From the NCBI RefSeq assembly GCF_002113885.1, contig NW_018408881.1, positions 1,171,659 through 1,235,658 on the forward strand: a stretch of 64,000 bases of DNA, written 5' to 3'. The notes beneath the pieces are model-generated. The model did not search any database. It was not told the DNA's origin and worked only from the letters and a program-made list of their open reading frames with translations. The stretch is from Mizuhopecten yessoensis (lineage: Eukaryota). How positions within the stretch are numbered: position 1 is the first letter of the stretch; each line of letters starts with the position of its first letter. A program made the translations under genes and the position numbers. Below are positions 12,771 to 26,506 of this stretch, in pieces.

Positions 12771-14109
12771 GAAACTTAATTCTAAAAAAGGTGTGAAACA
12801 ACTCATCGGGAAATCTTGGATCCACCCCTGAAGATATATATTTTTGTTAAAAAAACCTATTCAATAAATGTTCTTGTTGATATTTTGAAATTTTCCGTCA
12901 TATCAGTTTTCGGTCCAGGTTACTAGCCTAAGGTTAAACGCATGTAAAAAACGATTTAATTCTGTTGAAATTGCCTGTAGTCCTTCCAACAACATTTTTC
13001 CTTTCAACATTGAGGACAAAAAGAAACGCGCCGGTACACCAATCTACATGTGTTAGTTGGAGGATCGGTTATGCCATGACATTAACAGGTAATACCTCGG
13101 GGTAATTGATTTACCTTCGAATTCACAGGTAGGTATTGTAAATGACCTTTGGCTATGATATAAACTGGTAAGAACTACAAAAAATGAACATGCCTTTTTT
13201 CATGTATATCATTATTATGTGTATTAGTGTAATCTCAGCTAGAAGTTACTATATTACGATATTGTTGATGCTGGCCCGGAATTAGATTTCAGTGATTCAA
13301 GCTTGAATGTTTAACCTCTCTTTCAGATAGGAACATTATTGTCGGGTGTTTTTTTTGTCTATTGATGATTTTACCCATGCAGCATGTTTTGGTTGATGTC
13401 ATTATTTACACTGGGATGCAGAGAATATTTAAAGAGCGTGTCAAAATGGGTACACGTAATGAACAAGATATCGGATAGGCTGTTCCGCTGCGCAATACGT
13501 GACCTTCTACCAAGTTCAAAATATGCATGTTCACTAGGCTGATAACGATGGGGCGTCACCTGGCCTGTCCATCATCTGAATACCGAGAGAGACGGGGTTC
13601 TGTGACTACACGTATTATTGCATCACGTGACCTTAAAATATGAATTATGAAAAATCTTGGTCAAAATCCTTTAATACCGAACGTTAGATAAATCATGTAT
13701 ATTATTTTCTGAACAGAATAGGCCCCTCTTGATGCAAGATACATGAAACTTTATTTAAAGTCGCATACATGTAAACAAAAAAACATTAGCTCTTGAGAGC
13801 TATTATTGCGACAAACATATGTAAAATGGTAGGGTAAATGATATAAGCAAGGATAAGGCAGCTCACCTTGTGGCTTGTCACATTACTTTTGTGTAGAGAT
13901 AAGTGACCAATTGCTTGCTTGCTTAAGGAATCACGATTGAACGGCCTTTAAAAATCACCACATGTAACAATCATATTGATCACTTATTACCAAATCATGT
14001 ACCTATATTCAGCATAATTTGAAATAACTCCTCCTGTATCCCCTCAGCTTACTTCTGACATAGAGCTGTCCCACAAATAACGGAGCGCGCAATGTTAAAC
14101 ACGTGGCAT

Positions 14110-14320
14110 TTTTAGCTCACCTGGTCCGAAGGACCAATGTGAGCTTATGCCATACCGTTACGTCCGTCCGTCCGTACGTCAACAATTTCTTTAAACGACT
14201 TCTTCTGGTTGGAATTCAACTAAATTTGACTGAAAGCATCCCTAGGTGGTGGGGAATCAAAATTGTACAAATGGTGGGGCTGACCTTCCAGGGGGCTGAG
14301 GGGCGGGGCCAGGGGAAAAA
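14110..14320 (+). mobile_element. HINE/pearl(CvA)-like element, 5' fragment
   Basis: TTTTAGCTCACCTGG...GTGAGCTT subterminal hairpin followed by a GTCC microsatellite. Confidence 0.7.
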
Positions 14321-17300
14321 AGACGTTCTATTGCATTATTGTTGTCATGTGTGAGTGTGATGCATTGCTATTTAATTTTGAAGTCAAATATAACAGAAGT
14401 TGCTAATTCTGCTTATTTGCTCAACGCATTTTTGTGAAAATTTGGGATAACATTTTGCCTTGATTTTGAAAACGCTGCTTGCCTGTCCTAGCGTATCAAT
14501 ACCGCAACAAAGGCCTACTCGTCTGAAGGTTTTTCGTTTACACTTCTAAACAATCGAGATCAGTACTCAACTCATTTTATATTGGTTATACGAAAATATG
14601 AACGTATAAAAGTGTTTTTCGTTAATCTCCTTGGGTGACGCTACGCATGCGCATTTTTCTATTTATATTTAGGGCATCCTATTATCGCGTGGTTTTGTTT
14701 TGTAATAGTCTTACGGCTCATCGACTTGCCTGAGAGTTTATATAATTCTTGAGAATTCATATCATGCTTGAGAAGTAAACATTGCCTGAAATTTTGTTCA
14801 TCGTTCTTGAGAACTCTTCCAACAGTTTTCATGCAAAGTTCTCGAAAATTATGTACTCGATACACATGTTCGCGGAAGTTGTGCAACTTTGATTACTGTT
14901 TGATCTGTTATTTCTCCTTTTTATATTTATTAACAAGTGTTTGGGCCAGAGTGGGAATCAGACTGGATGGGAGAGCGGGGGATAATAGTCAACCATCCTG
15001 GTGACAGTTCAAGTTGAAGTTCCAGTGTTTGATGACCGGGTAACTTTGATGGTTAGTAGTTCTAAGTTTTAAAATTAAGTACTTGCTCTTGAATGTATAT
15101 CAGTATTCGTTTTGGCATCTATAATTGCTTTATTTTTATTTCACCTTTTACATTCCATTATTGTTCATGTCCAAATATCTGACAACGCCTCCTTCTGTAC
15201 TTACAGTTCTTTGATCTCTAAATTTTTTAACACGGTGCCTGTCAACCTTCTTTTTTGATGTCACACAAATCAGCCATACAAAACGTCTGGTTCACGAAAC
15301 TTAAAGTGTTAATCGAAACTGACAATGAAAAATCCCATTCGTAGTGTTAAAGGACAAGATTCGTATGTAAGAATGAACAACTTTCTTCAAACGTCGCAAC
15401 ATGGAGAAATGTTCCACACCGTTAATGTCGGGGGAACCAGTCCGATATTGTCTCGTCGATCGAAAAATATTTGTCAAGGCGAAGTCCAAACAAACATATT
15501 TTGTGTCCATAAAGGTGACAGTTACAGCAATGATGATCCGGTCTGAGACGCAAAACAACTTGCGAAGTGTAATTCGCTGGGGGATTCAGTAACAAACTGT
15601 TTGAGTATTGCTGATAGTTTCGAGGTTAAATAGTGTTTTTGCCCATTTTCCTGACAATAAAAACATGGAATCGATTCATTTCATATTTCATAAAAAATCA
15701 TTTGTTTTAAATCATGTTTTTTTTTCTTTCAAATTGCTTAATCTTAATCTTAATTAAAGAAACAATCAAACTCGTTCCAATTGTTTAGACTGCTGAGCTT
15801 TTTTTTTTTGTTTTTTTTTAAAGATTGTAATTATGATCGACTGCCTTTGTTGTTTGCAGATATCTGTGAAATCGGGTGAGAATTCTGTCTTTTGAATGAA
15901 AACACCAGAGATTACAGCATTTTGCAAATTTATTGTGTTAACAATTCTCTTTCAGTTCTTTTAGTGTGTAACATGAGGGAAGCGCCAATACAGAAATGTA
16001 CCCCCGAAGGATATTGCTTTCGTACTTTTAGATTCAGTGCGAGAACTCACAAAGATTTCACAGCGCTAAACTATCTATTTAACATTAATCTATTTGTTTT
16101 CATGATTCATAATGACATTACAGATTCCCAAAATATCCAGAAACTCAAGAGAACACTTCTTGTTATCAGATATGTTTCTCTTAAAATGCATATGGACCGA
16201 ATCTTATGAAAACATGGGGAAAAAAGACTTCAAAACAATAAAAAAAAAGTTTCATTTTGTACTTTATCAAGTTAAAATACAAATAGTTACAAAAATATAA
16301 AAACTTCCAATGATCATTATTATTATAACTTCCTTCTATTTTATAAATGACTAGACCGTAAAAGATTTTAGAATAGCTAATTGAGAGCTCAGATACTATG
16401 TAAGGCGGAGAGACAAAAAATCACTATTACGGGAAGGAAGAATTCTTTAAATTGCAGTTAGTTTTTAAATCTTATATTTGTTTGTCAAAGAATTGATATT
16501 TTGAAAACCATTGCTGACTATCGGTATCGAGAGTTATCTCTATCAAAAATTGTTAAGATGATATTGTGTAATGTTTGATTTCTCTTTTATAATATCCCTT
16601 TCGGTTTATTTAAAATCACAAACTGAATTCAATTGAAGAAAAGAACTATTTTCTTTATTTTGAAAAACAAATACATCCAACTAACTGTTATACCAGTCAA
16701 ATGTACAATTCAGTTATAATGGGTGAAAAACCGCTCATAAAAAAGTAACGTTTCATCATGGAACAGGTTCATAAAACGCATGTAATGTTTTTTTGTTTTT
16801 TCTTAAAAGAACAGCTGTTTTCCTACAACAGCTGACAGAAAATAAATCCCTTCTTCCTAAGATATACTACTCGAAGTCAATCAAATCTAACACGACTTTT
16901 GTCTTATTATTTTAATATATTCGACATGACATTTAGTTCAAATCATCTGTTCTAACAACAGTTTTACATGTATCCTTCATAATTCTACATCTTTGGTACA
17001 TTTCTAAAACAAGGGAAAATACATTTTGCAAGACCTTATTAATACCTGATACATACAACTGATATAACTCCTTTATAATTCAAATATATAAAGTTTCATT
17101 AAAAGCATTTTATCCCCATTATAAAAATAAATAGTGACTCAACCCCTCCCCACCTCGTAAGCAGTGTCGTTTTAAAACAACACACCATATAGTCATGTTC
17201 GATACATGGCTATAAGTTATTTTTATGATACCAACTTCAACTCAACTACCATTATCAGTTAAACAGCTGCAAGAAAATTAGTCAACTTATTCAGAAGCAC

Positions 17301-17363
17301 CTTTAGTAGTCCATCAACCTCCATATTCAATCACACAAGTGCTTGTAAATCCGTTATCCTCTT

Positions 17364-18026
17364 TTACAGAGATACAATGGCTGGAGCATCAGCCTCCCTC
17401 TTCCTCAGAGAAACAATGGCTGGAGCATCAGCCTCCCTCTTCCTCAGAGAAACAATGGCTGGTGCATCGGCCTCCCGCTTTTTCAGGGAAACGATGGCTG
17501 GAGCATCTGCCTCTCTCTTCCTCAGAGAAACAACGGCTGGAGCATCAGCCTCCCTCTTCCTCAGAGAAACAATGGCTGGAGCATCAGCCTCCCTCTTCCT
17601 CAGAGAAACAACGGCTGGGGCATCAGCCTCCCTCTTCTTCAGAGAAACAACGGCTGGAGCATCAGCCTCCCTCTTCCTCAGAGAAACAACGGCTGGAGCA
17701 TCAGCCTCCCTCTTCTTCAGAGAAACAACGACTGGAGCATTAGCCTCCCTCTTCCTCAGAGAAACAATGGCTGGAGCATCGGCCTCCCGCTTCTTTAGAG
17801 ATACAACGGCTGGTGCAGCGAAGGCTACAAAGGGGAAAAAAGATCGATTATTTGAATTTAATTTATATTTTATTTTAATGAATTTTAAATAATAAGTTAT
17901 CAGTATAATAGCTTAAAATATATTTATTAAGTATAAAGAGTTAGTATTTTTTTTTAAAGCAATTGTAAACTCACCAAAAGTACTCAGACACAGCACGGCC
18001 ATGAACGAAATCCACTGAATTTTCAT
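17364..18026 (-). CDS. Secreted multi-copy peptide precursor, 170 aa; CDS complement join(17975..18026, 17364..17824)
   Basis: Exon 2: acceptor TTTCAG (AG 18039-18038), ATG 18026, MKIQWISFMAVLCLSTF, phase-1 donor GTGAGT at 17974. Exon 3: acceptor CTTTTTTCCCCTTTGTAG (AG 17826-17825), reading AFA-APAVVSL then 11 x (RKR or KKR)-EADAPA(I/V)VSL (one unit EANAPVVVSL), TAA at 17366-17364. 52+461=513 nt, in frame. Confidence 0.9.
17367..17815. repeat. 39-bp coding tandem repeat, about 11.5 units
   Basis: Unit CAGAGAAACAA(T/C)GGCTGGAGCATCAGCCTCCCTCTTCCT; encodes the peptide repeats on the minus strand. Confidence 0.97.
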
Positions 18027-18129
18027 GTCTGATTGTTCTGAAACAATGAAACGACACAGTATAAAGCACAACCTCGTTAATCAATCCACTCAATATTTAA
18101 GGACAAAGTCCCTACTCTTAATCGTCTCA

Positions 18130-18428
18130 AATGGTAGTTGTTATTCCCTGCTTACTGTTCAGCAATTAAGGGGAATGGCAACACCTGGTTCACCCGTTGT
18201 CAGTATAATGGAATCGGGCGGAATGCTGTGATGGCTGCCTTCGGCATGGTATATCAGTGAGATGGCACTATAAAGTCGGCATCAGATCCGCGCTATCACA
18301 AGGAGGCAATAACACCAATATACACAGTCTCTTGCACACATACACACATGCATGCTTACACAACACTTACGGAGACACGTTCTTGAATGACCTTGGCTGC
18401 TACAAATGGGACGTTAAATAAAATAAAA
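18130..18428 (+). mobile_element. SINE (dominant family) in intron 1 of the precursor gene
   Basis: Same core and AATGACCTTGGCTG...GGACGTTAAA tail as the other copies. Confidence 0.8.
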
Positions 18429-20591
18429 CTTATCACGTTCACAGTCCAGATATATGTATTTAAGCTGGGGAAGATGGTGGCTAGATTATCAAATCTCCCC
18501 TTACTAATATTAAAAGTCAGTGATACACATTTTAACGCACGCGTTTTTGAGGTATATTTCTTTCTCGGTGATGGAATTCAAAGCTACATATATATATATA
18601 AATTTAATTTCTTTTTGCGGAATGGAGTTAAATTAATTTGATCCTGGTATCACTCTACTGGAATAGCGATATGGTTACATTAAAGTGATCGATTGTTTCC
18701 GGTTTCCGGAAAAATAAACAGAGTATCGATAATGCTTGCCTGTTATAACCAAAATTTTATGAGTGTGACAATATAAAACTAATCGTTAATGTCACCTATA
18801 TTTCAATAATATGGCAGATTATAATCTTCCAGAAAAAAAAACATATGGTATTAAACATGATACTCATTTAATTCCTATTACATGTATTATAATTCTAAAG
18901 CCTTCAGATAAAATTATTCAACAGTTGCATCTAAAAAACGTCGTATTAAAATTAAGGCTTTGCACCATTTGGCATAGGTAACTCAAAGATTTTTTTATTA
19001 TTTTTTATATTTTCTGTTAAGTTTTGTTTACAAATAAATGTTATACATCGTGTAATTATACAGTGTCGTGTATGTGGCAAAATCACCACTTTTTATCGTC
19101 GCTTTATATAAATAGGAAATGCACTTCAATAACTTGAGTTATTAATTGATATCTAGCAATGCGTAAATGACGTTATTGATAAAACTTGCCGCAACGAATA
19201 TAAAAGTGTGGTTAACCCTTCATCTGCTCAAAACCTAATATCGGCAAGTAAGAATGTTTCATATTACAGTTTTGCAACAAAGATATTGAAGTGTTTGTTC
19301 CAAACAGTTTTTGAATTCGAGATTTCATTATTAATGGTGAATTATATTTTACGTTGAATATTTATAACAATCCCAGCAACAAACATAACAAATACAAAGC
19401 GACTTTGAATAAAGCGGTACTCAATTTATCACATTATTTAGAAGCGTAAGAAATTACAAATGTACCTTGTGAACAAAAGATTAATTCATTTGTAATATTG
19501 GATACTGGTTTACCACACCATTCTTCCTTTGACTATAGTTAAAGCATTATGAAATAAAATGTTTGTAAAGCAAAATGTATACATTGTATATACTCTTAAT
19601 ACAAGTATCATGAATTATCGTTATACTTTGGATACATATTAGATATGGTTGTTTTGTTTTAAAAGAATCGGCATGGAAAACCGACCACATCTTGTTTATC
19701 AAAGTTTATCAAAAGAATCTTGTTCATAGGAAATTTAACAAAAATGTGTTGGTGAACGAAAAAATATATGGAATTAATTTGGCCTGAGCTAATTGCTTAA
19801 ACTAAAACTATTAATTTATTATAAACCTGTACATCTTGTTAACATTAATATTATGTTCCAGTTCTTGTGTTTGTACACAAATTAACAATTGAAACATTTA
19901 GGAACTAAAGAGCTTTTGACAAAAGTTCGCTGTTCTCTGCAATACAATACTTTCATTTTAAAAAGCTTGATCGCTTTACAAATACAAAACTAAAATTCGG
20001 AAACTTATGTTCAGGATTAATACAAATGTTTAGTAAAAACCCAAACAATTATTGCGAAAGTTTAACTTCTGTGTAAGAATTTTTTTTACTTTTTTGCATA
20101 ACCTAGATTCTTGAATTATAGGTGACATTGTTGCTGCTTCATGCATAGAAAACAGGTTTTTAACTCGACGATAGGCAGTTTTAACAAACTCTTTTACACA
20201 ACTTTGAACGTTCTTGACACAAAATAAAAAAAACCCAGTTTAAATGTAAAGATATAAATGAAAACTCCTATAGCATCATTAACAATTTAAAATACAGTTT
20301 GTATAGATAATAAGACAATTTAATTGAATTCATTTTTGCAATTGCAGTACTGTTAAACCGAATTTCATTATTTACTGTCATAGTATAATAATATAACCTA
20401 AACTTCGGCATCAGTCACTTGGCTACTGTTTGCCTTAGTTTAACAAAATTTTAATTATTTATATAAAACATATATTGATTTATTTACAAATTTAAAATTA
20501 GTTCATGATATATTTACATTCGTTCAGTATATACATACATAAATAGTACATTAGCTCATTCAAATTAATTTTTAATTTGGAAAAGTCTTAC

Positions 20592-20686
20592 CTTTTCAAG
20601 CTGGTAGTGTCTTTATCTTGACAAAATTGTCGGAGTGAAAAGCAGGGATTATAACGATTTTACTTAGATCCGCATCAGCTTTTATA
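20592..20686 (-). promoter_or_regulatory. Probable TATA promoter and non-coding exon 1 of the peptide precursor
   Basis: TATAAAA at 20686-20680 (minus) and a consensus donor AAG|GTAAG at 20592/20591, about 60 nt after the expected TSS (about 20655). Exon 2 begins with an acceptor, so an upstream exon is needed. Confidence 0.65.
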
Positions 20687-21552
20687 GGCAATTATCAGGT
20701 ACATGTCATCTTGGGTTGGTAAAACACATTATTTATGCAGTTTAAAAGAAACCATTAAGCATCACCTTCAAGTCGACATCACTTATCATGAACCAATAAA
20801 AATATTCCAAGTGATTTATGTGAATGTCCATGCCATCAGACAATGCCCCGCCGGACAGGTACATTAATGTTGTTTGATAACCACATGTGACTAAATTATT
20901 AAGATTTAGCACACGAATATAGGATACACGTTCCTGGCATTGGTAATTAATTCTTCGAAATTTCGTAATAATGCTGAAACCGCTTTCCAAGAAAACAAAA
21001 ACATATATATATTGCTACTCTTTCCTAAAAGAAGTAAAGGGCGCCGTCTATCCTGGTAAACATCTTTGATATTTTGTCACCAAACGTTTTTAAGCTGTTT
21101 ACATAGCTCTACCATCAAATGGATGTAGGTTAAACTTGTTGTAGTGTCGATTAGTTTTATTTTACACGAATAACTGTCTTTCTGTTTGAACTGGTGTGCA
21201 TGTTACTATTTTAACAGTTTGTAACGTAGTCTTATAAAGTACAACAATTGTTCTCATCACCTGTCGTTGATTTTGAAGCACTGCAATAATCTTTTTAATT
21301 TTTCGAAGCAATTTAAATGATAAAAGATAGATGGATATGCATATCAACACTATGAAACAACCTGCATGTACTTCCATAGCTCCATGAACCTGTTATTCAT
21401 AAACGCCCTGAATATGACCTCTGAAGTTTTAAAAACCTTACATATATATATATATATACATAAATATGTATTTTCATTTTCATACAATAATATCAAGTAC
21501 TCTCAGCATCTCTATCAATTCTATAAGTTTGAATTCATGCTTGTTGCTAGGC

Positions 21553-22880
21553 TTGGTTTGGTTTTGGTTTAGTTTTGTTTAACGTCCTATTAACAGGTAA
21601 TGTAATTTAAGACGTGCCTCCATGTGTGAAGTGTATGCGGGCTTGCGTGTGTATATGTAGGAGACAGGGTATGTTGGTGTACCTGCCTCCTTGTGATAGC
21701 GCGGATCTGATACCGACCTTAGAGTGTTATATATCACTGAAATGTCATGCCGAAGGCACCAAGCACAGTATTCCCCCCGGTCACATTATACTGATAACGG
21801 GTGAACCAATTGTTGCCATTCCCCCGTAATGCTGAACGTTAAGCAGGGAATTACAACTACCTTTTTAGCCCACCACCATCTGATTATGGGCTATTCAAAT
21901 CGCCCTGCGTCCGTGGTCCGTCCGTCCGTCCGTCCGTCGTCCGTCCTTAAACAATTCTTGTTATCACTTTTTTTCAGGAAGTAACAGAGGGATCCTTCTC
22001 AAATTTTATATGTAGGTTCCCCTTGACCCCTTTTTGTGCAACTTTTGACACTGAAGGGTTGTTATGGCTATTTCACAGGAAGCAAAAGAGGGCCCTTTCT
22101 CAAATTTTATATGTAGGTTCTCCTTGGTCCTTAGTTGTGCAGGGCAACTTTTGGGACTGATCGGATAAACAAGATGGTCGACAGGCAGCCATCTTGGATT
22201 TTGACAGTGAAAGTTTGTTATCGCTATTTCTCAGGAAGTGCTGGAGAGATTCATCTCAAATTTAATATGTAGGTTCTCCTTGGTCTGTTGTTGTGCATGT
22301 TCAATTGTGAGACTGATCGGATATAGAAAATTGCCGAAAGGCCAATATTTTGGATTGTGACATTAAAGATTTATTTATCACTTTTTCTCAGGAGGAAATG
22401 AAGGGATCTTTCCCAAGTTTGTTATGTAGGCTCTTCTAGGTCTGTGGTTGTGCATATTGAATTTTGAGAATAATCAGATTAACAAAATGGACGACAGGCC
22501 ACCATCTGTGATTGTGACATTAAAGGTTTGTTTTCATTATTTCTCAGTAAGTACTGGAGGGATCTTTCCCAAACTTGTTATGTAGGTTTCCCTATGTCTT
22601 TCGTTTTGCATATTTACTTTTGAGACTGATCCGATAAACAATATGGCCGAGAGACAGCCATCTTAGATTTTGATAGTGAAGGCTTGTTGTCACTATTTCA
22701 CTGAAATGCCATGCCGAAGGCACCCAGCACAGCATTCCACCAGGTCATATTATACTGACAACGGTTGAACCAGTTGTTGCCTTTTCCCTTAATGCTGAAC
22801 GTTAAGCAGGGAATAACAACTAACATTTTTTGGACTTTGGTATGTCCCGGCCTGGGGACAGAACCCATTGCCTTCCAACA
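21553..22880. mobile_element. Composite: SINE(-) 21553-21865 / HINE-like element with about 156-bp internal repeats 21862-22697 / SINE(-) 22697-22880
   Basis: TTTTAGCCCACC start, GTCC microsatellite and repeated ATGTAGGTTCCCCTTGG...CAGCCATCTTGGATTTT units, flanked by SINE cores. Confidence 0.75.
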
Positions 22881-25800
22881 ATTGCTGAACCTTAAAATAA
22901 ATGTATATGCTTTGTTTAACTAAGGACAGCAAATTTGAATAATTGCCTGTCTTTTAATTTTAATGTATAGTTGGATGTGACGACGTAAAATTTAAAGAGG
23001 AATTGAAAAGCAATCATCGAACTGTATTAATTGTTCTGTAAGGAGTTAATGAACAAACTCTGCTTTCAAGCCGTCATTGTTTTCCAAGCATAAACAGGGG
23101 ATAAACAGAAAAATCCAAACACCTCCCCTCCCACTTACTATATGATTGGATAGAGCAATGAACATTGAGGACCTGCAAAAATTACTATTTATTAATTCTA
23201 GTCTTTCCAATGTACTCTGCTTAGCTTAGAGTACATTGTGAAAGACTAGAATTAATCCACTGCGCCTATTCTAACACTTTGCATAACTATCCTAGTATCC
23301 TTCCTCAATTACCATTTCTTTCCCTGGGTTATCCATCTTTGCAGGTCGGCGATTGAGAAATGAATATCGTACGAGGCCACTTATGTAAAAACCCGTGCAG
23401 AATTTAGGATTCGATTTTGTACCCTCTACTAGGGGAAACAAAAACGACCAAAATAAATCTGCTGCACCCATTACAATATTTGGGAAGTTAATATTTCTCT
23501 CTATTTCTAACATAGCGCGTTGCTTGGCTGTATCTCACTCTAGGCTGTAGTGAAGGATGTTCTCCCAGGTGACGAAGGCAATGGGTTCGTCAGTATTTTT
23601 ATTCAACAAATATTTTTATTTTTATAATATTATTTTGTGGTAACATACACTTGGGGATCTGTCGGTGTCTCCCTCTCGTCCTCTTATGACCCTGACTGTT
23701 GCAAGGACGTTAAACCACAAATATGTACAAAAACACATTGTAAACAAATACATAAACCACAGTGTCATACACAAGGTCGGGAATTTAAAGCTATACAAAA
23801 CACAGCATGTTGTTCTGACGCAAAATGAACCACGGAACGTAATACTTCATGAATATTCCTTGTCTACTTTTCAAGTTGTACGTGTCATTTCTCACGAGAA
23901 CGTGACGTTTTGAAAAAATCAGTAAGGCGCCGCTCCTTGTTCCGAGACCTCCCTTACCGGACTTTGATAAGCGATAAAGATTGTTCAACCTCATGATACA
24001 TGTAAACAGAAGGACTATTAATGATAGTTATCAAATTTAATGTAAACAGCAGCTAAAGTGCATTTACGGCATCAAACGTTGGCATTTGTGAACATCGGTA
24101 GGCTTGATATCCTATCACAACTACGTTTAATAGCCAATCATTTTCTATTTTATCTTATCGTTTAGATTGCAAATTTTCTGTATCGCACATGTCGAGAAAA
24201 TAATTGCAGATATTACTTCCACATGGTAAAACAACATTTTAAAACTGAAAACGAAATAAATTCAATTTTTCTTAGGGGAAGTTGAAGTACGTTTCTATAT
24301 GTATTTAAGCCTATATTTCACACATATTTTACATGTGTTTAAAAGAACTATTTAATTCTTGAAATTTCAAGTATTTGCATTTATTTCGTTCAAATGCAAA
24401 ATAGAAACAAAATGATACATTAACACGGGCCATTATTATTATTTCCAACTGCGTATAACTTAAATAAGCCTGCACCTAAGTTAACGCCAATGAATTAATT
24501 AAGGACGTATCATCATCCACGTAAACACATGTAATGTCGATTAATTGGCTTGCTTTATGGGGAAATCTGACAGATAAAAAGGGTTCCTAATATGTACCTG
24601 GAAAAGAAAATTCGAGAATTTGCCGACGTTTGTCACGAACATGGCTTGGCTGACCTCTAGGATGTACAGGTCGACGTAGAACCCTGAATATTTTTAGTGA
24701 TAATCCCAACTTTTTATATTTTATTTGAGAAGGTTTAACATTACTTGAAAGTATTTCAACATTATTCAAAAATGCCTGCTTACCATTAAGCATCGTTTTA
24801 AGCTTCGAATGTAGGAAATATTAACTACTTTTAAGTGACAAACAAACAAACAAACAAATATGATATAAAACAAGTAACATTCTAGCCAGAGAATCGTCTC
24901 TGAAAGAGCGGTCGCATGTAAACATATCCTATAAATAATGTCGACATCATTATTCTCTTGTCAGATCATGTCGACAATGTTTAAAATTAGGTTGACATAT
25001 GTATTTCTGAAGTCGAATTTTGATGGCAGAAATCTGCCACCGTTATAATACAAATAATAGAACAAATTATCTGAGAAATTGTAACATTGATGATAGTTTA
25101 TAAAGCCGTCATTAAAATACTTATAAGTATTGCCATTACAGCAACGTTAAATGATTTTTTATACTGCTTCAACACAAATACATAGTAAAAGTATATGAAA
25201 TGTTATATCTTCACATACTACCCAGTTAAAATGGACCTTTCTATTCACACCGTTGATTGGATTTACAAGTTTATACAAAATTTATATGAAGAGACTGTAG
25301 AATCAGTGCTTGCATAGGTACTCTTTTGTAACATGAAATATGGTATTTACATGTACATAACTACACAATTGACAACTTATTTTTTGTTTGGACATCGGAT
25401 CAGATAATTGCAACAAACGGCAGAATTGCGCTGAGCAACCGATTGAAAATGGCAATCTGCCTTGTTATCAAGCGAGACGACATTTGAACAAGGTGTAAAT
25501 ATTTCGCTACTAGTTCTTATGCTGCAACATTTCGTCGTTTTACTTTTTTTTTAAATGTAATAAATGGAAAATTAAACGTTTTTTCCGTTGAATACCATTT
25601 ATGGTTCACTGATATGGAAGAATATTTTTTCACTCGTGCTTCCGATTCGTGAAGATATTGATATTCTCCCATACTCGTGAAAGATATCTGGAATTCAACG
25701 GAAAATTATTAAATATTCTCTGTAGGTGAGTTACTTAAATTCTGTAATACTGCCTGAACACATATCATGAGCTGCATTGGTATATATGTTAATCGAAATT

Positions 25801-26506
25801 AACTATTCCCGTATAATAACACCCAAACAAGTGGTTCGACCTTACCAATTGGAAAAAATATTAATCCGCTCATGAGATTAGTTTTGGAAGAGAAAACGTT
25901 GTTAACAGCCAAAAGTAGATTAGGCATAAGAGAATGTATGTTTCGGATACCCCGAAAGACCCTAGTTTTTACCTCCGACTTTAACAATGGCATCTCCCTC
26001 AAAAGCTTTTAAACGTCATGTTATTATTTAACTGACCTTAAACTTTAATGAAAAAGAATACAATAGGTTTGGTCTAAAGAACTGTTTGGTGATTATTGTA
26101 ATTTTTTAAATTGCCCCCCCCCCCCAACACACATCCTCCCTCAAAATGAAAATAAAAATATTGAAACTTCTTGCCGACTTACACTATTTTTCAGTCATGT
26201 TACCTGAAACAACCTGAAACAAACGTATTTTGTTTCCATTAAAACCATACAGTTTGGCTTCAACGCAGGCAGCCATATCAACTTAATGTAGCGGGAATCG
26301 TAATGACTCTGATGCAATTACTATTTTTCTGGTTGTTTGTGTGACTGGTGCGTATTTTTTTTAATTCCAAGAAAACGCATTCAACCTGGTCATCAGCTTG
26401 TCACGGTGGTAAAACCTGACAAGATAGGAGGCGGAGCTTCGCCAGTAAAAAGGTTTTTTTCTCGTTATTTCTAGGACAACGCTCCAGTAGGCACACATAC
26501 ACCGAG

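Noticed and set aside
17367-17815. 39-bp and 41-bp arrays as CRISPR
   Set aside because: No unique spacers, no cas genes, eukaryotic context.
17339-17892. Plus-strand repeat ORFs (QWLEHQPPSSSEK and MAGASASLFLRET)
   Set aside because: Antisense shadows. The splice sites, signal exon, synonymous variation and stop position all fit the minus strand.
20717-26415. Shared TGGTAAAAC near both the precursor and PHM-like promoters
   Set aside because: A 9-mer in AT-rich DNA that also occurs at about 24223; compatible with chance.
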